From: a bacterium
GTDB lineage: Bacteria > Zhuqueibacterota > Zhuqueibacteria > Oceanimicrobiales > Oceanimicrobiaceae
Direction of reading: 5' to 3'
Assembly (NCBI GenBank): GCA_046757025.1
Contig: JBHHXN010000170.1
Span: 1-11,115 of the forward strand
DNA: 11,115 nucleotides
In this document: positions 1 through 6,370 of the stretch, piece after piece
Layout: each line of letters begins with the position of its first letter
Numbering within the stretch: position 1 is the first letter of the stretch
Position numbers and translations under genes: made by a program
The notes under the pieces: generated by a model
Told to the model about the DNA's origin: nothing
Seen by the model: the letters and a program-made list of their open reading frames with translations, nothing else
The model's database searches: none

Positions 1-193
1 GACCACAACAAAGCAAGTCATTTAAACATTTGCGGCTCCGCCGCGCTAGGAATCAAGTAGGTTCTCCAGTTCTCTTTAAAGTCTATTTTAACAAATTTTG
101 AATGAATTCATGATTGATGAGAGGTGGGGTTTCACTATGAAACGAATACGCGGCAGAATTAACCGCGTTTGCATCCCCATTCCCAGCACGTCT

Positions 194-889
194 TTATTCC
201 AGCCAGTCCGGGATTGATTCTGCAACCGGCCAGTGCGATTCAAGCCACGATCGATATTCGTTGTCAGAATGGACGTACAAAAATCCCCGCATGGTGTAAT
301 GCCCGTACCCGCACAGCTCCGCACAAGCGATCTCATATTTGCCGGTTTCCGTGGCTTCGAACCAGGCTTCGATTTCCCGACCGGGCACCAGATCCTGCTT
401 GAGCCGCAACACCGGCACGAAAAAACTGTGGATCACGTCTTGAGAAGTCAGGACGACTTTCACCACCTGATTTACCGGCACATGCATATCGTTTTCTTGC
501 GTGAGATCATCTTCGGTGCCGAAAGCGCCGTCGGGCCCCGGGTAGGTGATGATCCAGTTGAATTGCTTACCCTTGATTTGCACGGTCACATCGCTGACGG
601 GCACATCCCCTTTTATTTTGTCGTACGCTTTTGCACCTTCAAAGTCAATCCAGAGATCCAGCACCAGAATGATGGCCGCCGGCACCAGAATCCAGGCGAC
701 TTGCGCCCAGCTTTCTCCTCTGACAAACGAGGCTTTTTTGCCTTCGCGTTTGCGATAGCGAAACAAAAAATAGATGATGGCGCCTTCGCCAAGCAGAAAG
801 CCGATTCCGACTATATAAAATATTAAATAAAATACCGAGTCAATGTCGGCTCCATAAGTCGATATATTTTTCGGAAACCAATCAAACAT
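194..889 (-). CDS. coxB: Cytochrome c oxidase subunit II (CuA-binding), 231 aa, two N-terminal TM helices, no fused cytochrome c domain
   Basis: Complete CuA ligand set DVIHSFFVP...CAELCGYGHYTM (H, C-x-E-x-C-x3-H-x2-M); GKQFNW electron-entry strand; two hydrophobic helices; AGGAGG RBS (899-904, minus strand) 9 nt before the ATG. Confidence 0.93.
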   Translation of the reverse strand: MFDWFPKNISTYGADIDSVFYLIFYIVGIGFLLGEGAIIYFLFRYRKREGKKASFVRGESWAQVAWILVPAAIILVLDLWIDFEGAKAYDKIKGDVPVSDVTVQIKGKQFNWIITYPGPDGAFGTEDDLTQENDMHVPVNQVVKVVLTSQDVIHSFFVPVLRLKQDLVPGREIEAWFEATETGKYEIACAELCGYGHYTMRGFLYVHSDNEYRSWLESHWPVAESIPDWLE

Positions 890-1008
890 TTAGATTTTCC
901 TCCTCATGACGGTACTTAATGATATATTACACTATTAAATCAAAAGGAAATAATTTGAATTATTCAAGTTTGTGGGGAGTAACCAGAAAAAACTAAAATA
1001 ATTGTATT

Positions 1009-1036
1009 AATTTAATTTTTTTTCGATAAATGTCAA
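1009..1036 (-). promoter_or_regulatory. Putative sigma70 promoter of coxB
   Basis: Minus-strand TTGACA (1036-1031), 16-nt spacer, TAAATT (1014-1009; 4/6 match to TATAAT) in an AT-rich region about 120 nt upstream of the coxB start. Confidence 0.5.
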
Positions 1037-1041
1037 GGATT

Positions 1042-1062
1042 TTTAGACTATTTTATCCGAAT
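1042..1062. promoter_or_regulatory. Putative Rrf2 operator, copy 1 (TTTAGAC-TATTTT-ATCCGAA)
   Basis: AGAC(1045-1048)-N7-TCCGA(1056-1060); same spacing as the copies at 2311-2326 and 3185-3200; the 10-mer TTATCCGAAT (1053-1062) is identical to 3201-3210. Confidence 0.5.
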
Positions 1063-1268
1063 GTCTTATTATGTCACAATCCGGAATGAGTATTGAAATT
1101 TGACAAGTTAGGTGGTGAAATTCGAAAGACTTGCCGCGAACAGGGATAGCGCCGTTCAAACCTTTGGTAAAAATCGGCAGGCTGCGTTTACCGACCACGC
1201 ATGGTGATTTGGCGATTTGTTTTTCGGTCTGGAAATTTATGGTTTGAATCGCAAATGAAGCCAAACAG

Positions 1269-1616
1269 CTAAGAGCGAATCATGGTCAGCAGCATTTTGA
1301 AATTGTCCGTGGCCGTGAGGGCATGCGGCCGGTTTGCCGGTAAAATAATCATCTCACCTTCCTGCAGGTGAAACGATTGGCCTGCGATGATGACTTCTGC
1401 CGCTCCCTCGAGCAGATGCACCAGCGCATCAAATGGGGCAGTGTGTTCACTCAATCCCTGACCCTTGGCGAAGGCAAATAGTGTCACCGTCCCCGTGGGC
1501 TTTTTGATGATGGTTCGGCTCACCACTGAGCCATCCTGATAATTTATCAGCTCGTTTAGGGGAGCGACTTTGCTCGAAAATTCGTTCACCGTATTTTCCG
1601 TTGATTTATTTTGCAT
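1269..1616 (-). CDS. Cupin domain protein (HP0902-like small cupin), 115 aa
   Basis: Cupin motifs LFAFAKGQGLSEHTAPFDALVHLLEG and GEMIILPANRPHAL; AGGA RBS 6 nt before the ATG. Confidence 0.88.
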   Translation of the reverse strand: MQNKSTENTVNEFSSKVAPLNELINYQDGSVVSRTIIKKPTGTVTLFAFAKGQGLSEHTAPFDALVHLLEGAAEVIIAGQSFHLQEGEMIILPANRPHALTATDNFKMLLTMIRS

Positions 1617-1821
1617 AAATTTTCCTGAATTTAAATGGGAATTATCATACCTGATTAATTCACAAATTCACGGTTTAAGTTCATCGGTCATGAATCCGGT
1701 TGTCACTCAGGAGGCGTCTTTTTATTAAAGCCAGCTGTGGTTAATCACTAATTAACATTTCTCACTTCGTGACGTGATTCATAAACCAACTGTTAATTAA
1801 GAGGTTCCTGATTGTTCTACT

Positions 1822-1871
1822 TTCACCCTGAGCCCTTCGACAAGCTCAGGATAAACTGCGTCGAAGGGTGA
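1822..1871. repeat. REP-like composite palindrome (TTCACCCTGAGC...TCGAAGGGTGA with an inverted CCTTCGACAAGCTCAGG copy inside)
   Basis: Stems TCACCCT(1823-1829)/AGGGTGA(1865-1871), CCTGAGC(1827-1833)/GCTCAGG(1844-1850) and CCCTTCGAC(1833-1841)/GTCGAAGGG(1860-1868); the 12-mer TTCACCCTGAGC recurs at 3779-3790. Confidence 0.75.
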
Positions 1872-1887
1872 CTAGTTCTGGATGTAA

Positions 1888-1916
1888 TTCATGCTTCGAC
1901 TCCGCTCAGCATGAAG
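1888..1916. repeat. REP-like palindrome of the same family (minus strand TTCATGCTGAGCGGAGTCGAAGCATGAA)
   Basis: 8-bp stem TTCATGCT(1888-1895)/AGCATGAA(1908-1915); CTCAGCATGAAG (1905-1916) is the exact reverse complement of 3738-3749. Confidence 0.75.
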
Positions 1917-1994
1917 TGAACCTGTCGTATCTAATTATTTAATATGAACATAGTTGCATGACTTAAAGTGACAAATGTTAGTCACTAATTAAAA

Positions 1995-2034
1995 GGATTC
2001 CTCCTGCCGGTCCTGTGAAACGGGGAATGACAAA
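1995..2034. repeat. Degenerate GGATTCC...GGGAATGAC REP-like hairpin
   Basis: ATTCCTC(1997-2003)/GGGGAAT(2022-2028) stem with one G-U pair; ends in GAATGACAAA, also found at 2965-2974. Confidence 0.45.
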
Positions 2035-2307
2035 GATGTTGTGAATTATTCAGGTATAGAACTTTTTATCTTATCAATTTGAATTCATCCTTTCTTCAAC
2101 CTCGGCCAAGAAAACGACCTGTTCGACAACGACACTCCCCAAAAGTCACAATCAACCCATCAAACAATTCCAGGCCTATCGGTTTGGTTCGTTCCTCAAA
2201 GGACCATTGTTTCTAATAATGGATCTTGAACTGGAATAAATGTGAAACGGTTTTCTTAAAAAATCAAGAACGGTTGTAGGCCTGCAGCGACCGCAGCCAT
2301 ACCTATT

Positions 2308-2327
2308 ATCAGATTTTAATATCCGAT
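2308..2327. promoter_or_regulatory. Putative Rrf2 operator, copy 2 (ATCAGAT-TTTAAT-ATCCGAT)
   Basis: Near-perfect 7-6-7 palindrome (6/7 arms); AGAT-N7-TCCGA core; upstream of the first rrf2 gene. Confidence 0.55.
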
Positions 2328-2330
2328 TTA

Positions 2331-2359
2331 TTGCTTTTTTACTTTTTCTTTTTTATCTT
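2331..2359 (+). promoter_or_regulatory. Possible sigma70 promoter of the first rrf2 gene
   Basis: TTGCTT (2331-2336), 17 nt, TATCTT (2354-2359); weak matches in a T-rich tract. Confidence 0.3.
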
Positions 2360-2483
2360 CATCCATTTCAAGTCAAATATGGTGAAATCATTTTCAAGAT
2401 CCGATGGTCAGCGGAATGTAATAAAAAAAGTTTGCGATTGCAATACATAACCACCCGAACTAATTTGAAGGAGCCCTAATCCC

Positions 2484-2900
2484 ATGCCGGTACTTTTTAG
2501 TCGAGCTTGTGAATACGCCATACGCGGACTGGCAGAGATGGCCAGCCAACCAGAAATAACTTCCTGGACCATTCAAGAATTAGCGAAACAAACGGATACG
2601 CCGGCGCCCTTTCTGGCGAAGACGTTTCAGACACTGGTGAAATCCGGCATTCTCAACTCCGCCAAAGGCCGCCACGGCGGGTTTTCCTTTGCACGCCCTG
2701 TAGATAAAATCTATATCATGGAAATTGTAAATATTTTAGATGGCCCGACTCTCGCCAATGATTGCGCTCTGGGATTTCCTGAGTGCAGCGGAATCAATCC
2801 CTGTCCTTTTCATGCCCAGTGGGGTGAAATCCGCGAAACCATTATCCACGCTTTAAGCAGTCAATCTCTCATCGAATTTGCTCAACAGCAGCGTGGATAA
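2484..2900 (+). CDS. Rrf2 family transcriptional regulator (Fe-S binding type), 138 aa
   Basis: FSRACEYAIR N-terminus, PAPFLAKTFQTL recognition helix, SAKGRHGGF wing, C94-x6-C101-x5-C107-x2-H110; AAGGAG RBS at 2468-2473. Confidence 0.93.
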   Translation: MPVLFSRACEYAIRGLAEMASQPEITSWTIQELAKQTDTPAPFLAKTFQTLVKSGILNSAKGRHGGFSFARPVDKIYIMEIVNILDGPTLANDCALGFPECSGINPCPFHAQWGEIRETIIHALSSQSLIEFAQQQRG

Positions 2901-2928
2901 TTCACTTCCCTCGGCACCATGGTTTTTG

Positions 2929-2974
2929 AGCTATTGCCGCCTTCTAATTTGGCAGTAGGCCTCAGAATGACAAA
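2929..2974. repeat. Hairpin/REP-like remnant downstream of the first rrf2 gene (possible terminator)
   Basis: CTATTGCC(2931-2938)/GGCAGTAG(2951-2958) stem with one G-U pair, followed by CTCAGAATGAC (reverse complement GTCATTCTGAG, resembling TTCATGCTGAG/TTCACCCTGAG); no U-tract. Confidence 0.35.
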
Positions 2975-3149
2975 ATACTAAGTTTTCGTTCAAACACTAA
3001 ATAACCAGGCTTTCCTACCTAAAACAAAATAAATCCCCAAAAACTAATTTTTTTGTTTCGAACATTTATCACCGAATGTCGCTGCGTGGATTGAATTTAC
3101 TGTAAAATTCTGCCTCCTGAAAAAAATTGTTAAAAAATTAACAAAAGCC

Positions 3150-3178
3150 TTGACAGAGAAAAAAAGATTTATTATTAT
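3150..3178 (+). promoter_or_regulatory. Near-consensus sigma70 promoter of the second rrf2 gene and probably the downstream operon
   Basis: TTGACA (3150-3155), exactly 17 nt, TATTAT (3173-3178); A-rich UP-element-like tract upstream; predicted transcription start near 3185. Confidence 0.8.
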
Positions 3179-3181
3179 TAA

Positions 3182-3210
3182 ACAAGACAATAAGCTCCGA
3201 TTATCCGAAT
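3182..3210. promoter_or_regulatory. Putative Rrf2 operator, copy 3, plus an extra half-site, overlapping the predicted transcription start
   Basis: AGAC(3185-3188)-N7-TCCGA(3196-3200) immediately followed by TTATCCGAAT (3201-3210). Confidence 0.55.
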
Positions 3211-3217
3211 TAATATC

Positions 3218-3673
3218 ATGCCTATCATTTTCACAAAAGGATGTGAATACGCCTTGCAATCGGTTTTATATCTCGCATCAATGCCTGATTGCACGCCTGT
3301 TTTTCAAAGGGATATTTCCACCGCCTTGATGATTCCGCCGCATTTTTTAGGCAAAGTTTTGCAAGCGCTGGCACGTAACGGATTGGTAACTTCCCAAAAA
3401 GGTAAAACCGGAGGTTTTGTTCTCAGCAAAGCGGCGAAAGATATTTCACCGTACGATATCATCGCAGCCATTGATGGTCCGGCGTTTCTTAATAAATGTG
3501 TAGTGGGCTTTCCCGGCTGCGATGACGCCACGCCCTGTCCGATGCACGATCAGTGGAAAAAGATTAAACAAGAAATCGTTCACATGTTAAAAAATAAAAA
3601 CCTAGAACAACTCAGTAAGGAAATGGACATCAAATTGGAGTCCATCAAAAAACTCAATCCGCGTTCTGATTGA
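3218..3673 (+). CDS. Rrf2 family transcriptional regulator (Fe-S binding type), 151 aa
   Basis: FTKGCEYAL, PPHFLGKVLQAL, SQKGKTGGF, C-x6-C-x5-C-x2-H (CVVGFPGCDDATPCPMH); aligns without gaps to the upstream paralogue; no obvious Shine-Dalgarno sequence. Confidence 0.93.
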   Translation: MPIIFTKGCEYALQSVLYLASMPDCTPVFQRDISTALMIPPHFLGKVLQALARNGLVTSQKGKTGGFVLSKAAKDISPYDIIAAIDGPAFLNKCVVGFPGCDDATPCPMHDQWKKIKQEIVHMLKNKNLEQLSKEMDIKLESIKKLNPRSD

Positions 3674-3737
3674 CTTCAAACAAGAATGAATGCTCTAACT
3701 ATGTATTCCATTTCAAAATTGATTGTCGGGGACCTGT

Positions 3738-3804
3738 CTTCATGCTGAGTCCCAATTCAAATTCGGGAAACCATGATCTTCACCCTGAGCGGAGGGTGAA
3801 GATC
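3738..3804. repeat. Two REP-like copies; the second forms a perfect 12-bp hairpin
   Basis: CTTCATGCTGAG (3738-3749); GATCTTCACCCT(3775-3786)-GAGCGG-AGGGTGAAGATC(3793-3804); same family as 1822-1916 but lacking the internal TCGAAG. Confidence 0.7.
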
Positions 3805-3902
3805 GGTAGCTGCCATTATCTCTTGTGAACCCTACAACCATTTCTGAAATGGAGCATTAAGCGTAGATAGATAACTCAAATCAACAGCAATTCACCAGGA
3901 AA

Positions 3903-5786
3903 ATGTTTATGAATTCAAATTTGTTGCAAGTTGAAATTCCGGACGTGGAGTACTGGAAAAGTCAGATCAAATGTCAGAGTGGCTGCCCCGTGCATACCGA
4001 CGCACGCGGCTATGTGCGCGCCATTGCGGAGGGCGATTATGAAAAAGCCTATCTCATTGCGCGCGCGCCCAATCCGCTGGCGTCCATGTGCGGTAGAATT
4101 TGCGGGGCACCGTGCGAAGCCGCCTGCAGAAGAGCCGATCTCGATGAGGCGGTTTCCATACGTGCATTGAAACGTTTTGTCACGACAAAATTTGGTCCGG
4201 AGTCGGGAAAGCTCGCCAAAAGTCCGCTGGAAACACTGCAAAACTTGTTCAAAAAAAGCCTGCGAGAATGCGAAGGCATGGAAGGGCTGATGAATTTTCT
4301 AACTCATTTTAAAAATCCCACCTTTCCTGCAGATGCGCCCACGGTGGGCATCATCGGTTCGGGGCCGGCCGGACTGGCAGCGGCACACGACCTCTGTCTC
4401 ATGGCCATTAAACCTGTCATTTACGAAATGGAACCCGTTGCGGCAGGCATGCTCTATCTGGGAGTGCCGGAATACCGTCTGCCCCGCGACCTGATCAAAG
4501 CCGAGGTGGAAGTCATCAAGGCCATGGGCACGGAAATTATCTGCAATGTGCAGATCGGCAATGACGTGACGCTGCAAGAACTACGGCAAAAACACGACGC
4601 GGTGCTGATCGCGGTGGGGGCGAAAAAGTCCCGCAAGATTCCCATCCCCAACATCGACGCCAAAGGGGTGTTAGGGGGGGTCGATTTTCTGCGCGATGTG
4701 GCTTTAAACCAGTCGGTGGAGCTGGGAAAGAAACTCGTGGTCATCGGCGGCGGCAACGTGGCGTACGACGTGGCCAGAACCCTGGTGCGGCAGACCGAAT
4801 ACGATGTTTCGCGCACAGCCCTGCGGCAGAAAGGCGTAAAGGAAGTGCACCTGGTTTGCCTGGAATCGCTGGAGGAAATGCCGGCCGACACCACCGAGAT
4901 CGTGGAAGGCGAGGAAGAAGGCGTCATCCGGCATAATTCTCTGGGTCCGAAAGAAATTCTGGTGGACGACCAGGGCCGGGCCTGCGGCGTACGATTTGTC
5001 AGATGCCTGTCGGTTTTCGATGAAAACAAACGTTTCGCGCCCAAATTCGACGAAAACGAAACCGTGGATTTACCGGCAGATAATGTTATTCTCTCCATCG
5101 GTCAGGCCACTGATTTGTCGTTCATCGACAGCGAGGATGTCGCCCTGACCGACCGCGGTCAATTAAAACTGGACCCGACTCTTAACCAAACCGAGGCTAC
5201 GGGGGTGTTTGCGGCCGGCGATGTGGCTACCGGGCCGGGCCTCATGATTCAAGCCATTGCCAGCGGTAAACAGGCGGCGAGAAAAATTTTCACTTATCTG
5301 AAAAACCAAAATCTTTCTGCGAAAACCAGCAGCCAGCACCACGATATTCCGGCTTACTCCAAAGAAAGCGGCTACGAATCCCTGGCGCGCGAAGGCGTGC
5401 CGGCCATGTCGCCCGAAGAGCGCAAGCGGGCCATGAACGTGACCGTGGAGAAGGGATTTTCAGAGGCCCAGGCCGTTCGCCAGGGAAGCCGCTGCTTTAA
5501 CTGCGCGGTCAACACCATTTTTGACAGCGAAAAATGTATTTTGTGCGGCGGATGTGCCGACGTCTGTCCGGAAGCCTGTCTCAAACTGGTGCCCCTGGAA
5601 GTACTGCAGGGCAATGCGGATTTTGAACAACTGCTTAAAAATCGATATAATGACCAACCGCTGACAGCGGGCGGCGCCATCATCAAAGATGAAACGATTT
5701 GCATTCGATGCGGATTGTGTGCGGAACGCTGTCCGGTCGGAGCCATTACCATGGAAGCTTTTAATTTTAAGGAGAGTTTCGTATGA
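3903..5786 (+). CDS. FAD-dependent NAD(P)H oxidoreductase of the GltD/NfnB/DsrL-like superfamily with a C-terminal 2x[4Fe-4S] ferredoxin domain, 627 aa (start may be the ATG at 3909)
   Basis: CQSGCP...CGRICGAPCEAAC N-terminal Fe-S domain, IIGSGPAG (FAD), VIGGGNVA (nucleotide), VFAAGD, RCFNC, CILCGGCADVCP and CIRCGLCAERCP; no signal peptide; AGGA (3897-3900) is better spaced to the ATG at 3909. Confidence 0.9.
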   Translation: MFMNSNLLQVEIPDVEYWKSQIKCQSGCPVHTDARGYVRAIAEGDYEKAYLIARAPNPLASMCGRICGAPCEAACRRADLDEAVSIRALKRFVTTKFGPESGKLAKSPLETLQNLFKKSLRECEGMEGLMNFLTHFKNPTFPADAPTVGIIGSGPAGLAAAHDLCLMAIKPVIYEMEPVAAGMLYLGVPEYRLPRDLIKAEVEVIKAMGTEIICNVQIGNDVTLQELRQKHDAVLIAVGAKKSRKIPIPNIDAKGVLGGVDFLRDVALNQSVELGKKLVVIGGGNVAYDVARTLVRQTEYDVSRTALRQKGVKEVHLVCLESLEEMPADTTEIVEGEEEGVIRHNSLGPKEILVDDQGRACGVRFVRCLSVFDENKRFAPKFDENETVDLPADNVILSIGQATDLSFIDSEDVALTDRGQLKLDPTLNQTEATGVFAAGDVATGPGLMIQAIASGKQAARKIFTYLKNQNLSAKTSSQHHDIPAYSKESGYESLAREGVPAMSPEERKRAMNVTVEKGFSEAQAVRQGSRCFNCAVNTIFDSEKCILCGGCADVCPEACLKLVPLEVLQGNADFEQLLKNRYNDQPLTAGGAIIKDETICIRCGLCAERCPVGAITMEAFNFKESFV

Positions 5787-6253
5787 AAAATCATCGTGAT
5801 GAAACCAATGAAATCAACCGTCGAGATTTTTTAGGGAAATTAGCGGTTGGCTCCTTAATCGGGGCCGGCTCCATGGCGTTCATCGGGGTGATCCAGTTGC
5901 CCCTGCCCAAAGTGCTCAACGAACCGCCTAGTGTATTCAAAATCGGATTTCCAGCCGAATTCCAGCCGAATACCTTTAAAACCATTGCTGATAAAAACGT
6001 TTTTGTGTTGCGGGATACCGAAGGGTTCCGAGCTTTGTCTGCGATTTGCACGCATCTCGGTTGCATCGTGTCGCAGGTTGAATGGGGTTTTGTCTGTCCC
6101 TGCCACGGCTCGAAATTCGATCAGCAAGGTCAGGTCACCGGCGGCCCGGCCCCGAAGGGTCTGGAATGGTTAAAAGTGAGCTTGAGTCCGGACGGTCAGT
6201 TAACCGTGGATCTCGACAAAAAAGTAGCCGCCGATGTGGTATTCATCGTTTAG
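5783..6253 (+). CDS. qcrA: Rieske [2Fe-2S] subunit of a Rieske/cytochrome b complex, 156 aa
   Basis: Tat motif NRRDFLGK plus TM helix; CTHLGC and CPCHGSKF boxes; GPAPKGL; ATGA overlap with the upstream stop; AAGGAG RBS at 5769-5774. Confidence 0.93.
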   Translation: MKNHRDETNEINRRDFLGKLAVGSLIGAGSMAFIGVIQLPLPKVLNEPPSVFKIGFPAEFQPNTFKTIADKNVFVLRDTEGFRALSAICTHLGCIVSQVEWGFVCPCHGSKFDQQGQVTGGPAPKGLEWLKVSLSPDGQLTVDLDKKVAADVVFIV

Positions 6254-6370
6254 GCGGCGAGCCGTTCGATTCAGCCGGACGTCAACCAAATTGAAATTGT
6301 ACAGCGCAACAGTAGCGGTTTTGGCAATTATTCTGATTAAAAATTTGACCTTTCATTTGGAGAAAAGCTG

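Larger units (their letters stand above)
1745..1989. mobile_element. Second, nested inverted-repeat element (about 229 bp) with an 8-bp flanking direct repeat
   Basis: TAACATTTCTCACTT (1753-1767) vs AAGTGACAAATGTTA (1966-1980), 14/15 complementary; direct repeat TCACTAAT at 1745-1752 and 1982-1989 (extends to TCACTAATTAA). Confidence 0.5.
1648..2056. mobile_element. MITE-like non-autonomous element (about 405 bp) with 16-bp terminal inverted repeats flanked by TA
   Basis: CCTGATTAATTCACAA (1650-1665) vs TTGTGAATTATTCAGG (2039-2054), 15/16 complementary; TA at 1648-1649 and 2055-2056; no transposase ORF inside. Confidence 0.55.

Noticed and set aside
32..50. Small hairpin GCGGC-TCC-GCCGC followed by GCTAGG
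   Set aside because: It looks like a short intergenic repeat, but it is single-copy in this window with only a 5-bp stem.
148..168. ACGCGG/CCGCGT hairpin downstream of coxB as a terminator
   Set aside because: 6-bp stem, 9-nt loop and a poor U-tract; too weak to call.
88..826. ORFs 88..336(-), 169..402(+), 233..826(+), 546..758(+)
   Set aside because: They overlap the well-supported coxB gene in other frames or the opposite strand and have no recognisable motifs; 88..336 is not a coxA start.
955..967. Palindrome TTGAAT-T-ATTCAA as an FNR/Crp box
   Set aside because: It is one base shorter than TTGAT-N4-ATCAA and lies in very AT-rich DNA, so it may be chance.
1100..1128. Plus-strand TTGACA at 1100-1105
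   Set aside because: No -10 element at the right spacing and no downstream plus-strand gene.
1043..1264. 73-aa ORF between the cupin and coxB
   Set aside because: No RBS or recognisable domain, and it overlaps the putative operator region.
1822..1916. CRISPR array or riboswitch
   Set aside because: The repeats are neither regularly spaced nor identical, there are no cas genes, and no known riboswitch consensus was recognised.
1648..2054. Rex operator (TTGTGAA half-sites at 1659-1665 and 2039-2045)
   Set aside because: Only half-sites with wrong spacing or a mismatched partner; better explained as terminal inverted repeats.
2399..2405. Fourth Rrf2 box (ATCCGAT)
   Set aside because: Only a half-site; the AGAY partner is missing at the N7 spacing.
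3044..3531. Antisense ORFs 3044..3259 and 3304..3531
   Set aside because: Shadows of the promoter region and the second rrf2 gene.
3903..5786. Assignment as gltD, dsrL or nfnB
   Set aside because: There are no gltB, dsr or nfnA neighbours; family-level similarity only, so no symbol is given.
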